Shown here: in pieces, positions 10,225-19,982 of the stretch | Layout: each line of letters begins with the position of its first letter | Position numbering within the stretch: position 1 is the first letter of the stretch | DNA from: a candidate division WOR-3 bacterium | GTDB lineage: Bacteria; Hydrothermota; 32-111 | Length of the DNA: 64,000 nt | Direction: 5' to 3' | Assembly (NCBI GenBank): GCA_039804105.1 | Contig: JBDRZU010000001.1 | Span: 834,602-898,601, forward strand | The notes under the pieces: model-generated | Told to the model about the DNA's origin: nothing | Seen by the model: the letters and a program-made list of their open reading frames with translations, nothing else | Databases searched by the model: none | Translations under genes and position numbers: made by a program

Positions 10225-10267
10225 AGTTTTTTATTATATTTATAAAATGGGTAGAAGTCAACCTTTC

Positions 10268-10669
10268 TTATTTCGAATATTTTGATACGATCATTTTTTC
10301 CACTTTATCTCTGTATTTCCCAAACCTTATATAAACCCCTCTGAAATTTTCAAGACGGTTTGGTTTTTCAAAAGGAGATAACAGTATGCCCTTATCATCT
10401 ATATAGTAAGATTTAAAATTTTTAAAATCATAGGTTTTTGAAGTGAAGAAGAATTTTACGGTTATACTTTTATCATCTATGGTATATTTTGTTGGTAAAA
10501 CATAAGGTAAAAATGTTATCAAAACAGCAATCAACGAAATAAAAATTCCAACAACTCCCAGATACACAAAGCCAACAAGTATCATCAAAAGAAAACCTAA
10601 AAATGCAATTAAATTTTTAACCACACTTTCATCCCTTATCGGAAAACTGACCCATTCAAATTTTTCCAT
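10268..10669 (-). CDS. Hypothetical membrane protein with two TM helices and a small C-terminal domain
   Basis: The 133-aa product has a hydrophobic stretch, LIAFLGFLLMILVGFVYLGVVGIFISLIAVLITFL. I recognise no catalytic motif. Confidence 0.4.
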   Translation of the reverse strand: MEKFEWVSFPIRDESVVKNLIAFLGFLLMILVGFVYLGVVGIFISLIAVLITFLPYVLPTKYTIDDKSITVKFFFTSKTYDFKNFKSYYIDDKGILLSPFEKPNRLENFRGVYIRFGKYRDKVEKMIVSKYSK

Positions 10670-11144
10670 TCAAAACCTCTTTCAAACTTTTTTTCAATTT
10701 TTTTCTAACACTTTCAAAAGATTCACTCACTATCTTTGTTTCAGAGATTACAGGCATAAAATTCGTATCTCCCGACCATCTCGGGACAATATGTATATGG
10801 AGGTGATCATCCACCCCAGCACCGGAAATTTTTCCATAATTTATTCCAATATTGAATCCTTGAGGATTATAAGATTTTTTTAAAATTTTTATTCCAACTT
10901 GAACACCTTTCATCAGCCCATTTAAATTTTCTTCATCAAGTTCTTCCAGCATAATATTATGTAATAAAGGTGCAACCATTATATGTCCATTTGTATAAGG
11001 ATATTTGTTGAGGATAATGATAAAATTTTTATCCTTGTGTATCAACATTTTTTTTTCGGGAAAGCAAAAAATACATTTTTCTATTTTCTTGTCAGATTTC
11101 TCAAGATATTTTATTCTCCATGGTGCATACAACCTTTTCATCAT
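10656..11144 (-). CDS. HIT-family nucleotide hydrolase/transferase
   Basis: It carries the histidine triad HLHIHIVPR. The N-terminus reads YAPWRIKYL, as in Ap4A-phosphorylase-like HIT proteins. Confidence 0.75.
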   Translation of the reverse strand: MMKRLYAPWRIKYLEKSDKKIEKCIFCFPEKKMLIHKDKNFIIILNKYPYTNGHIMVAPLLHNIMLEELDEENLNGLMKGVQVGIKILKKSYNPQGFNIGINYGKISGAGVDDHLHIHIVPRWSGDTNFMPVISETKIVSESFESVRKKLKKSLKEVLNGKI

Positions 11145-12271
11145 ACCTCCTTTATCTGGCCATAAACCCCATCATATCCAGGTAAAAATTCTACCCTGTT
11201 TTTCCTAACTTTCAACAAAAAATTAACAAAATCTTCATCGTAAAACTCAAGCAATGTTTTTTCATCAGCAAAGGTTTTCATTTCCATCTCAGGGAAAATT
11301 TTCAGGAAATCTAAAAATGTTACCTTTTTTTTGTTCTTTTTGTAAACCTTGTAATAATATTCTATTGGAAGTGAATAGAAAACCTTTTTATTCAAAATTT
11401 TACCACTCTTTTTAAAACTGTTTATTCGACTTAAAACTCCCTCTGTCAATTTTTTTCCACATATTGGGCAGATTTCAAAATTTTCTCCTGTTGCAAAATC
11501 ACATTTACGATGACCGGATAGAAAATATTTTCCTTCCTGTGGATAAAACTCAACAGTTCCAAATATTTTGTTATTTTCTAAAATATCTTTTAAAAATCTT
11601 ATGTCATCTTCCCAGTATTCTAAAATTGTAGATTCTCTACCAATATTTTCCGGCGAATGAGAATCTGAGAATGAAACAAAAGTGAAGTTTTTAATCATGT
11701 CGACCGAAATGCACATAAAAGGATCTGATGAAAGTCCTGTTTCAAGTGCGGTAAAAAAATCCATACTAACAGGTAAATAAGAATACCCTGACTTAAAACC
11801 AAACAGACCAAAATGTGGTGTCCAAATATGTGCGGGTATTACCAGAATATCTTCCGAGACACTCTTCAATATTTCAACAGTTTCTTTTAAATTTTTCTTA
11901 ACAATCCCTCTGCCATCACTATCAAAATTTGAGCAATCAGAAAATATTTTTTTTGTTTTGTAGATTTTTTCAAAATCTGGAAATATTAATAGAAGATGTA
12001 TTTTTTTTCCAGTTTCTTCTTTGTAGAACAGAGAGATTTCCGTGGTAAGCAAAACTTTTATTCCATTGTAAACATAAACACCGTATCCAATCTCTTTAAG
12101 ATTTTTTTTTGCATCTTCCAACATCAAAGGATGAAGTATGTCAGAACTTCCAATAACATCTATTCCTTTTATTTTTGCAAATTCTGAAAAATTTTTTATA
12201 TCACCATTTTTAGATGATGCAAGCGAAAATTTCGAGTGTAGATGTAAATCCAGAAAAATCATTTTCTGCAT
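11141..12271 (-). CDS. Endonuclease Q-like PHP-domain protein with a zinc finger
   Basis: It has an N-terminal PHP motif (DLHLHSKFS), then [44 protein letters not shown] and a C-terminal [11 protein letters not shown]. This is the pattern I associate with the EndoQ/TIGR00375 family. Confidence 0.6.
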   Translation of the reverse strand: MQKMIFLDLHLHSKFSLASSKNGDIKNFSEFAKIKGIDVIGSSDILHPLMLEDAKKNLKEIGYGVYVYNGIKVLLTTEISLFYKEETGKKIHLLLIFPDFEKIYKTKKIFSDCSNFDSDGRGIVKKNLKETVEILKSVSEDILVIPAHIWTPHFGLFGFKSGYSYLPVSMDFFTALETGLSSDPFMCISVDMIKNFTFVSFSDSHSPENIGRESTILEYWEDDIRFLKDILENNKIFGTVEFYPQEGKYFLSGHRKCDFATGENFEICPICGKKLTEGVLSRINSFKKSGKILNKKVFYSLPIEYYYKVYKKNKKKVTFLDFLKIFPEMEMKTFADEKTLLEFYDEDFVNFLLKVRKNRVEFLPGYDGVYGQIKEV

Positions 12272-12990
12272 ATAACAAGACCTCTTTCAGAGTAATCGTT
12301 CAAATTTTTCATCGTTGAAAAATCATAAAAGTCAACAGATTGAAAACCCACTTTCTTCAAATCATTTTCCAACTCTTCTGGAAATATCGCTCTTTCACTA
12401 AAAACAAAAGATTTAATTTTCTTATTAAGAAATTCGATCCTCAAATTCAAGGTACATATTCTACTTTTCGGATCATATTCTGTATCCCAGAACGAAATGA
12501 AACCATCCCCATCACGGATCTGTGAATTTTTTGACATAAGGTCAAGTCCAAATTCAGTATTGAAATCGAAAATAAAAATTGCATCATCTTTAAGGATATT
12601 GAATACATTAAAAAAACAACCTGTCATGTTTTCTTTTGATATATGATTCACAGTATCATACATACATATCGCAACATCAAATTTTTTCTTGATACTAAGG
12701 TTAACAATATCACAACAAACAAACATTGAAGAATTTCTGAAATTTTTCTTTTGTGCTTCTTTCAACATTTCAATAGAAATATCAACAAGAGTTACATTGA
12801 ATCCATATTCAGAAAGATATTTCGAAAGATTCCCAGTGCCAGCACCCAAATCGATTAAATCACCACTTTTTATTTTGAAACTTTTACAAACATTATAAAT
12901 ATTTTCGGCCCAGATTTTATATGGAACCATACTCATAAAAGAGTCGTACAAATTTGCAATTTTATCATAATCAAAAAAAATCTTATCCAT
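12259..12990 (-). CDS. Class I SAM-dependent methyltransferase
   Basis: Motif I is [12 protein letters not shown], followed by the acidic post-I residue (LVDIS). The substrate is unknown. Confidence 0.7.
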   Translation of the reverse strand: MDKIFFDYDKIANLYDSFMSMVPYKIWAENIYNVCKSFKIKSGDLIDLGAGTGNLSKYLSEYGFNVTLVDISIEMLKEAQKKNFRNSSMFVCCDIVNLSIKKKFDVAICMYDTVNHISKENMTGCFFNVFNILKDDAIFIFDFNTEFGLDLMSKNSQIRDGDGFISFWDTEYDPKSRICTLNLRIEFLNKKIKSFVFSERAIFPEELENDLKKVGFQSVDFYDFSTMKNLNDYSERGLVICRK

Positions 12991-13921
12991 TCTTCAATAT
13001 GTTGTCCAACATCTCCATTATTTCTGAATAATCGGTTGTTCGGTTAATCCTTTCTTTGAAAATTTTTATATTCTTTATACCCTTCAAATACCAGTGGAAA
13101 TGTTTCCTCATAATATAAATGTTTTCTTTTTTGTTTCCATCATCGGTTGCAAGTTTATAATGTTCTTTTAAAATTTTCACCTTTTCCTCAAGTGATGGTA
13201 TCTCGTATTTTCCATTTTTCAAAAAATCTTTTATCTGTTTAAAAATCCATGGATTGCCAAGAGTTGCTCTTCCGATCATGATCGAATCAACTTTTGATTC
13301 CTCCCATAATCTTAGAGCATCCTCCGGAGTTTGTATGTCACCATTTCCAACAACTGGAATGTTAACATTTTCTTTAATAAGTTTTATCGAATTCCAATCA
13401 GATTTTCCAGAAAACAAAGATGTTGCTATCCTTCCATGAACAGTTATAAAACTGACACCACAATCCTGAAGTATTTGAGCAATCTTTATCCCTTTGTCAA
13501 TATTGAATCCCAATCGCATTTTACATGAAACAGGTAATCTCGTTGAGGAAACAACAGCAATTATTGCATCCTTTAGGTTTCTGAAATCTTTGAGCAACGC
13601 AGAACCGTATCCCTGTTTGATAACTTTTTTTACTGAACATCCAAGATTTATATCTATAAAATCAGGAGAAAGTTCATTCAATTTCATCGTTGCATTTGAA
13701 AGGATTTCTGGATCTTTACCGAAAATCTGAATTCCGAAAGGTCTTTCTTCTTCAGTAAAATAGGTTAACAGAAAAGTTTTTTTTGAGTTTCTATACAATC
13801 CATCTGCAGAAATCAGTTCACTGTATGTAACATCGGCTCCAAACCTTTTACATATCCTTCTAAAATATGTATCTGTTATTCCTGCAAGGGGAGCTAAAAA
13901 GATTTTCCCTCTAACATCCAT
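12983..13921 (-). CDS. tRNA-dihydrouridine synthase
   Basis: Motifs seen are LAPLAGITDTYFRRI, IDINLGCS and HGR. The length (312 aa) is typical of the Dus family. Confidence 0.8.
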   Translation of the reverse strand: MDVRGKIFLAPLAGITDTYFRRICKRFGADVTYSELISADGLYRNSKKTFLLTYFTEEERPFGIQIFGKDPEILSNATMKLNELSPDFIDINLGCSVKKVIKQGYGSALLKDFRNLKDAIIAVVSSTRLPVSCKMRLGFNIDKGIKIAQILQDCGVSFITVHGRIATSLFSGKSDWNSIKLIKENVNIPVVGNGDIQTPEDALRLWEESKVDSIMIGRATLGNPWIFKQIKDFLKNGKYEIPSLEEKVKILKEHYKLATDDGNKKENIYIMRKHFHWYLKGIKNIKIFKERINRTTDYSEIMEMLDNILKNG

Positions 13922-14845
13922 CTACTCAACAATAGAATCAAAATCGATGAAATTTAAAGGATTTACTTTACTGTTCGCTATCCTGACTTCATAATGGAGA
14001 TGAGTTCCTGTTGATCTTCCAGTACTACCCATATAACCAATAAGTTGATGCCTTTTTACTTTATCACCAACCTTCACCTTAAAAGAATTCAAATGTGCAT
14101 ATACTGTTATATATCCATAACCATGATCGATCTTCAATGTTTTTCCATAACCAGGCAAATAATCAGCAAAGATAACTTCACCATCTGCTGGAGCATAAAT
14201 TGGAGGAGCAGACTGGTTCGCTATATCAAGACCAGTATGGAATTCAGGTGTTTTTGTAAATGGATCCAACCTGTATCCAAAACCACTCATGATCATTCCA
14301 TTTGTTGGAACTATTGATGGAGTATGTTTTAAAAGGTTATATTGTTCGTTAAGGGCATTTTCTATTTTTGAAAAGTTCTTTTTTTCAAATTCTATGGTCT
14401 TATCAAGATGCATAATTTTTTGATCCACATTTGTTATCAATCTTTTTGTTAAAGGATCAAACTTTTTAAACCTTGAATCCTCTATCTGATAACCACCTAG
14501 ACCGAGTTGCCTTATATCATCTGATAAGGGATCAAGATTTGCAAGAATTCTCAGTTTTTTTTCATAATCGATTAAGACATTCATCTTCTGGATATTCTGT
14601 TCAAGAACATTCAGATTCTTTGTAATCGATGATATGTAGAAATCTCTCTTAGAATAAATTTCAATTAAAGACTCTGGATTCAGATTGTTAACAAACGAGA
14701 ATATAAGAACTGATGAAGAAAACAAAAAAAGAAAAGTTAAAGTTAAAAAGAATATTTTCAGTTTTTGAACTTCAAAATTAAAAATTATAGGTTTGCCAGA
14801 AGAAATATATTCGTTGTGTAATATTATTGAAATTCTTTTTTTCAT
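13922..14845 (-). CDS. M23-family metallopeptidase (EnvC/LytM-like, with catalytic residues intact)
   Basis: It has an N-terminal TM segment and coiled coil. The C-terminus carries HTGLDI and GSTGRSTGTHLHYEV. Confidence 0.8.
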   Translation of the reverse strand: MKKRISIILHNEYISSGKPIIFNFEVQKLKIFFLTLTFLFLFSSSVLIFSFVNNLNPESLIEIYSKRDFYISSITKNLNVLEQNIQKMNVLIDYEKKLRILANLDPLSDDIRQLGLGGYQIEDSRFKKFDPLTKRLITNVDQKIMHLDKTIEFEKKNFSKIENALNEQYNLLKHTPSIVPTNGMIMSGFGYRLDPFTKTPEFHTGLDIANQSAPPIYAPADGEVIFADYLPGYGKTLKIDHGYGYITVYAHLNSFKVKVGDKVKRHQLIGYMGSTGRSTGTHLHYEVRIANSKVNPLNFIDFDSIVE

Positions 14846-14902
14846 AAAATTTATTATAGGAAAGTTTTTTTACAAGTCAATAAAAAATTTTTAATTTTAC
14901 TA

Positions 14903-14930
14903 TTGACAAAATGGAGTAAAAAGGTAAAAT
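14903..14930 (+). promoter_or_regulatory. dcw (mraZ) promoter, TTGACA-N16-TAAAAT
   Basis: TTGACA is at 14903-14908, followed by a 16-nt spacer and TAAAAT at 14925-14930. Confidence 0.55.
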
Positions 14931-14970
14931 ATGGTAAAAAATGGTAAAAAATGGAGTAACATGGAAACAA
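14911..14970 (+). promoter_or_regulatory. Six direct, exactly 10-bp-phased A(T/A)GG(A/T) repeats. This is a candidate MraZ operator array.
   Basis: The decamers starting at 14911, 14921, 14931, 14941, 14951 and 14961 are ATGGAGTAAA, AAGGTAAAAT, ATGGTAAAAA, ATGGTAAAAA, ATGGAGTAAC and ATGGAAACAA. Confidence 0.5.
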
Positions 14971-15398
14971 AGTTGAGATTCATCGGGTTTAAAATTGTTA
15001 ACATCGAAGAGAATGGTAGAATAATTATTCCATCCGTATTCAGAGAGAATCTCAACTCTAAAATCTTCTTTATCATACCTGGTAGAGAAAAAGTTTTGCA
15101 CATCTATCCTGAAATTTCCTTTCTGAAACTTGAAGAGAAAATTGAAAAACTCGAATCGGAAGAGGAAAAAAGTATTATCATAAATACAATATTTGCTAAC
15201 TCAAGAAAAGTCGTAAGGGATTCTGTCTGGAGAATATCGATTCCACAACAGTTATTGGATCATGCACACTTAAAGAATGAAGTAAAAATAGTTGGAGCAA
15301 AAGATAAACTTGATTTCTGGAACCCAGAGATTCATGAAGAGTTCAATAGAAAACTTTTATCAGAAAAAATTGATCTATTCAAAAAGGTAGGTTTATAA
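14961..15398 (+). CDS. mraZ: Transcriptional regulator MraZ
   Basis: Two MraZ/AbrB-like half-domains are present: NGRIIIPSVFRE and WRISIPQQLLDHAHLKNEVKIVGAKDKLDFWNPE. It is the first gene of the dcw cluster. The track start at 14931 lies inside the repeat array and upstream of the likely transcription start. The ATG at 14961, preceded by GGAG at 14953-14956, fits MraZ N-termini better. Confidence 0.85.
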   Translation: METKLRFIGFKIVNIEENGRIIIPSVFRENLNSKIFFIIPGREKVLHIYPEISFLKLEEKIEKLESEEEKSIIINTIFANSRKVVRDSVWRISIPQQLLDHAHLKNEVKIVGAKDKLDFWNPEIHEEFNRKLLSEKIDLFKKVGL

Positions 15399-15739
15399 TG
15401 AAACTCTATCTTGAAAAAAAGGTATCATATTCTCTTCTAAAAATAACTGGAAACATAGATTTAAATGATCTAAAAAATTTGAGAGAAACTTTACAAATGT
15501 TAGCGGATCAAAATAAACCCCTGATAATAGATTTGAGAAATTTGAAAAATACACATTATAAAATAGGATTACTTTTAAGAGGGATAAAGAGATTATTTTT
15601 AAGGAGATGTCTACCATTGAAAATCGTATGCAGAGATCCTTATATACTTACGATTATTTCGCTCTTTGATTATGATATAGTATACGACACTACGAAAGAT
15701 CTCGTTTCAGCAAAAAACTTTATTGAATTGAAAATCTGA
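15398..15739 (+). CDS. STAS-domain protein (anti-sigma-antagonist fold, without the phosphorylatable Ser)
   Basis: The 113-aa product reads LLKITGNIDLNDLKNLRETLQMLADQNKPLIIDLRNLKNTHYKIGLLL...LKIVCRDPYILTIISLFDYDIVYDTTKDLVSAKNFI. This follows the SpoIIAA/STAS pattern. The ATG overlaps the mraZ stop (TAATG). Confidence 0.5.
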   Translation: MKLYLEKKVSYSLLKITGNIDLNDLKNLRETLQMLADQNKPLIIDLRNLKNTHYKIGLLLRGIKRLFLRRCLPLKIVCRDPYILTIISLFDYDIVYDTTKDLVSAKNFIELKI

Positions 15740-15741
15740 TT

Positions 15742-16581
15742 ATGCATCAACCCGTAATGGTGGGAAGCGTAATAGAAAATTTAAAAATACGGGAAGAAGG
15801 AACTTATTTAGATCTGACAGCGGGTTTTGGGGGACATTCGAAAAAGATTTTAGAAAAATTATCAGAAAGAGGGAAGTTGATACTTGTTGACAGAGATCCT
15901 TTTGCTATAGAACACTTGAAAAACATTTTTAAAGAAAACAAAAATGTTGTTATTTTAAAAATGAATTTTAAAGATATTTCTTTTGACTTTAAATTCGATG
16001 GGATACTCTTAGATCTTGGTGTTTCATCTTATCAATATGATACTCCTTCCCGTGGTTTTTCTTATAGATTCAATGCTCCACTCGACCTAAGAATGGATCC
16101 TGAAGAAAAAAATCGATTCTCAGAGATTTTTAAAATGAACATTTCCCAGATCGCTTCAATTATAAAAGATTATTCCGAAGAGTACGATTCTGAAAATATT
16201 GCAAAAGAGATCTTTAAAAAAATTCAAAAAGATGAGTTAAAAACGACTTTTGACCTCAAAGATGCAATAATTAAAGGGAAAAAAGGAAAGGATGTTTCAA
16301 AAGGTTTAAAACGGGTTTTTATGGCTTTTAGAATTTTTGTCAATGATGAACTGCACTCACTCGAAGTTTTACTGAACAAACTATCAGAATTTACAAATCC
16401 AAAATCGAGAGTAGTAATAATCACCTATCATTCAATTGAGGATAGATTGGTTAAAAATTTTTTTAAAAATTCGAAAGATTTTATTCCGGTTTTCAAAAAG
16501 GTCTTAAAACCAACATTTGAAGAAATCATGAAAAACAAGAGAGCAAAATCAGCAAAGATGAGAGTTTTTGAAAGAGTATGA
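15742..16581 (+). CDS. rsmH: 16S rRNA (cytosine1402-N4)-methyltransferase RsmH
   Basis: Motifs seen are HQPVM, DLTAGFGGHS and DLGVSSYQYDTPSRGFS. It sits at the conserved dcw position. Confidence 0.9.
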   Translation: MHQPVMVGSVIENLKIREEGTYLDLTAGFGGHSKKILEKLSERGKLILVDRDPFAIEHLKNIFKENKNVVILKMNFKDISFDFKFDGILLDLGVSSYQYDTPSRGFSYRFNAPLDLRMDPEEKNRFSEIFKMNISQIASIIKDYSEEYDSENIAKEIFKKIQKDELKTTFDLKDAIIKGKKGKDVSKGLKRVFMAFRIFVNDELHSLEVLLNKLSEFTNPKSRVVIITYHSIEDRLVKNFFKNSKDFIPVFKKVLKPTFEEIMKNKRAKSAKMRVFERV

Positions 16582-16835
16582 AAAAAATTTTTTTTATAAT
16601 TTTAATCTTTATCTATCTTCTTCTTTTCCCCTTAACCAGATTTTATATTCTAAAATTAACGAGTTTAAATGATCTTTTAAGACAAGATTTAAAAGAAAAA
16701 CTTAAGAAAAAAAACGAACTTTTATTGAAAATCGATTATCTAACATCCATAACCAGGTTGGAAAAGATTGCTTTTGATACTTTAAATTTAAAGTATCCTG
16801 CAGGAAAAGATTATGAATGGTTATCTAAGAAATAG
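16578..16835 (+). CDS. ftsL: Cell division protein FtsL
   Basis: The 85-aa product has a single TM segment and a coiled coil, then ITRLEKIAFDTLNLKYP. It lies between rsmH and ftsI. Confidence 0.7.
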   Translation: MKKIFFIILIFIYLLLFPLTRFYILKLTSLNDLLRQDLKEKLKKKNELLLKIDYLTSITRLEKIAFDTLNLKYPAGKDYEWLSKK

Positions 16836-18558
16836 AAGAGAAAAGAGTGTAAACATTTTTCTTAAAAATTTGCTGAGCATTTTTACAACCATATTTGTTA
16901 TAACTTTGGTTTTGAATCTCTTTTTTAAGCAGATAGTTTTACATTATTCTCTTGATGATCTGTACAGAAAAAAAAGTTCAATAAAATTTTTTGATAAAGC
17001 CGAAAGAGGACTTATAAAAGATAGAAAAGGATATGTTATTGCAACCAATATCAATTCTTACAATATTTATGTATCAAAAAAACTCGTTAAAAATATAGAA
17101 AATGTGGCAAGGATCCTTTCAGAAAACTCTATAGTTGATTATCATACAGCATTAAAAAAATTGAATTCAAGAAAAGAGTGGATTCCTATTAAATTTAATG
17201 TTGACGAAAGTATAGCTTTAAAATTAAAAAACAGATATCCAAGTATAATCGTTAAAGAAGAAAAAACACGATACTACAATAAACCAGAAGTATTCTCTAA
17301 TGTTGTTGGTTTTGTTGGTGTTGATGATACTGGTCTTGAAGGTATTGAATACAAATATGACAAAATCCTTAAAGGTAAAAATGGTTATATAACCTACCAG
17401 AAAAAACCAAATGGAAAAATATATAAACATCCTTTAAATGAAGATAAACCAGCAAAAAAAGGAAAAGATATAATTTTAACACTCGATTATAGGTTTCAGG
17501 AAACATGTTATAACATCGCAAAAGAATATTGTGAAAGATTTTCAGCAAAAAAAGCACTCGTTATAGTTTTAGAGAGTAAAACAGGTGAAATTTTTGCAAT
17601 AGCAGAGTATCCGTCCTATAATTCGAATCTTCATGGCTTGGGAGATATTTCTACCTATCAAAACTATGGAGCAATAAACCTGTTTGAACCAGGTTCGGTT
17701 TTCAAAATTGTTGTAACTGCAGCAGCGATAGAAGCAGGCATTGATACATCGATCATATTAAAACAGGAAGACGAAGATACTTTGATAATTTCAAAGAGAA
17801 GAATAACCGACTCTCACAATTTCGGAAAGTTAAATTTCAAAGAATCCTTTATTGTTTCAAGTAATATAGCATTCGTCAACCTTGGAAAAGAAGTGGGGAA
17901 AGAAAAAGTTTATAGTATGATCAAAAGGTTTAAATTCCTATCGAAGACATACTCAGGTTTTCCTGGAGAACAATCAGGACAAATAACACCTTTAGAAAAA
18001 TGCAGAGAAATAAATTTTGCTAATCTCTGCTTTGGACAGGGAATCAGTGTGACCGCATTACAACTTGTTGCTGCATATAATTGCATAGCAAACGATGGGA
18101 TTTATATAAATCCAAAAATAGTTAAAGAAATCGACAATAAAACAACGGAAAAAAATATTAAGGAAAAAATCCTTCAAAAGAATGTTGCATTAAAACTGAA
18201 AGAATTATTGTTATCTGTAGTTGAAAATGGAACGGGAATAAAAGCAAAAGTGGATGGGATAAAAATTGCTGGAAAAACTGGAACTGCAGAAAAATATATT
18301 GAAAACACAGGTTATAAAAAAGGATACTATATCTCTTCCTTCGTGGGATTCTTTCCTGCTGATGATCCTGTATTTACGATCTTAACACTTCTTGATGAAC
18401 CTAAAAAACAGTATTGGGCGAGTGAGACAGCAGCTCCAATGTTTTCTGATGTTTTAAAAAGAATAATAAACCTTGACGATTACAGATTTCTTGTAGAAAA
18501 GAATAAAGACAGGGAGATAATCGAAAATGGAACTAAAAGATTTGCTAAAAGATCTTGA
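16813..18558 (+). CDS. ftsI: Penicillin-binding protein 3 / FtsI transpeptidase
   Basis: It has an N-terminal TM anchor and the SxxK (SVFK), SxN (SSN) and KTG (KTGTA) motifs. Confidence 0.9.
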   Translation: MNGYLRNRREKSVNIFLKNLLSIFTTIFVITLVLNLFFKQIVLHYSLDDLYRKKSSIKFFDKAERGLIKDRKGYVIATNINSYNIYVSKKLVKNIENVARILSENSIVDYHTALKKLNSRKEWIPIKFNVDESIALKLKNRYPSIIVKEEKTRYYNKPEVFSNVVGFVGVDDTGLEGIEYKYDKILKGKNGYITYQKKPNGKIYKHPLNEDKPAKKGKDIILTLDYRFQETCYNIAKEYCERFSAKKALVIVLESKTGEIFAIAEYPSYNSNLHGLGDISTYQNYGAINLFEPGSVFKIVVTAAAIEAGIDTSIILKQEDEDTLIISKRRITDSHNFGKLNFKESFIVSSNIAFVNLGKEVGKEKVYSMIKRFKFLSKTYSGFPGEQSGQITPLEKCREINFANLCFGQGISVTALQLVAAYNCIANDGIYINPKIVKEIDNKTTEKNIKEKILQKNVALKLKELLLSVVENGTGIKAKVDGIKIAGKTGTAEKYIENTGYKKGYYISSFVGFFPADDPVFTILTLLDEPKKQYWASETAAPMFSDVLKRIINLDDYRFLVEKNKDREIIENGTKRFAKRS

Positions 18559-19978
18559 GATCGAAACATTAAATCTAAAAAATGTTGAGATAACCGACAT
18601 TACTGACGATTCACGGAAAGTGATGAAAGGCTCCCTCTTTGTTGCGTTAAAAGGAAACAATTACAATGGAAATCTTTTTATTAAAGATGCAATAAAGCAA
18701 GGTGCTCTGGCTGTTTTAACTGAAGAAAGACCAAAAGAGAATCTTGATATCCCAATAATAATTTCAAAAGATATAAACAATGATATAAAAAAGATCGCAA
18801 AAAAATTTTATAACAATCCTTTCAACAAAATAAAAACTATAGGAGTAACCGGAACAAACGGAAAAACAACCACAACATATTTGATCAAATCTATTTTAGA
18901 TTTAGATTACAAAACAGGTCTTATAGGAACAATAAAAACAATAATAAACAATAAAGAATTTGAATCCATAAACACTACACCAAATACATTAACATTGATA
19001 AAACTTTTCAAAAATATGGTGGATGAAAAGGTCAATTATGCAGTTATGGAAGTTTCAAGTCATGGTCTCAAATTGAACAGGATAGATGGTATTACTTTTG
19101 AATCGGTTATATTCACAAATCTTACACAGGACCACCTTGATTTTCATAAAACCATGGAAGATTATAGGAATTCAAAATTGATCCTATTCTCTCTAGTAAA
19201 AGAAAACGGAAGTAGCATAATAAACCTTGATGATCCGAATTCAAAATTTTTTGTTGAATCATCCAAAACGAAAAATATTTTTACCTTCGGAATAAAAAAT
19301 CAGGATGCAAGATTTCAAATAAAAATTGAAAAGATTTCACTCGATGGTTCAGTCTTTACAATCATTGATAAACAAGAAAACAAAAATTATCAAATAAAAA
19401 CAAAACTAATAGGTGAACCCAATATTTACAATTGTGCTTCAGCTTTTCTTACTTGCTACTCACTTAAAATTCCCGTAGAAAAAATAAAAGAAGGTTTAGA
19501 AAAAGCTAATCCTGTAAAGGGAAGATATGAAATATACTATGATAAAAGGGGTTTTAAAATCATAATCGATTATGCACATTCTCCAGATTCACTTGAAAGA
19601 TTAATAAAAACCGTTAGAAGATTGACACCAGGAAAAATCATTACCGTTTTCGGGTGCGGAGGTGATCGAGACAAAGAGAAAAGACCAATAATGGGTAAAA
19701 TAGCATCGCATCTTTCAGATATAGTTGTGTTGACATCAGATAACCCAAGGAATGAAGATCCTAATAGGATAATCGACGATATTATTAAAGGGATAATTGA
19801 AAAAAATTATATAGTCGAAGTTAATAGAAAAAATGCTATAAAACTTGCATTTTCTCACGCAAGTGAGAAAGATTCAATTATAATAGCTGGCAAAGGTCAT
19901 GAAGATTATCAAATAATCAAGAATAAGAAATATCATTTCGACGATAGTGAAGTTGTTAAAGGTTTTATGAAATCATAA
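18527..19978 (+). CDS. murE: UDP-MurNAc-L-Ala-D-Glu:meso-DAP ligase MurE
   Basis: It has GVTGTNGKTTT and the DAP-specifying DNPR motif (DNPRNEDP). Confidence 0.9.
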   Translation: MELKDLLKDLEIETLNLKNVEITDITDDSRKVMKGSLFVALKGNNYNGNLFIKDAIKQGALAVLTEERPKENLDIPIIISKDINNDIKKIAKKFYNNPFNKIKTIGVTGTNGKTTTTYLIKSILDLDYKTGLIGTIKTIINNKEFESINTTPNTLTLIKLFKNMVDEKVNYAVMEVSSHGLKLNRIDGITFESVIFTNLTQDHLDFHKTMEDYRNSKLILFSLVKENGSSIINLDDPNSKFFVESSKTKNIFTFGIKNQDARFQIKIEKISLDGSVFTIIDKQENKNYQIKTKLIGEPNIYNCASAFLTCYSLKIPVEKIKEGLEKANPVKGRYEIYYDKRGFKIIIDYAHSPDSLERLIKTVRRLTPGKIITVFGCGGDRDKEKRPIMGKIASHLSDIVVLTSDNPRNEDPNRIIDDIIKGIIEKNYIVEVNRKNAIKLAFSHASEKDSIIIAGKGHEDYQIIKNKKYHFDDSEVVKGFMKS

Positions 19979-19982
19979 AAAT

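Noticed and set aside
14931-14960. A 10-codon N-terminal extension of mraZ (MVKNGKKWSN) implied by the track start
   Set aside because: The ATGs at 14931, 14941 and 14951 are units of the 10-bp repeat array. They sit at or upstream of the likely transcription start, right after the -10 at 14925-14930. The MraZ alignment also favours the ATG at 14961.
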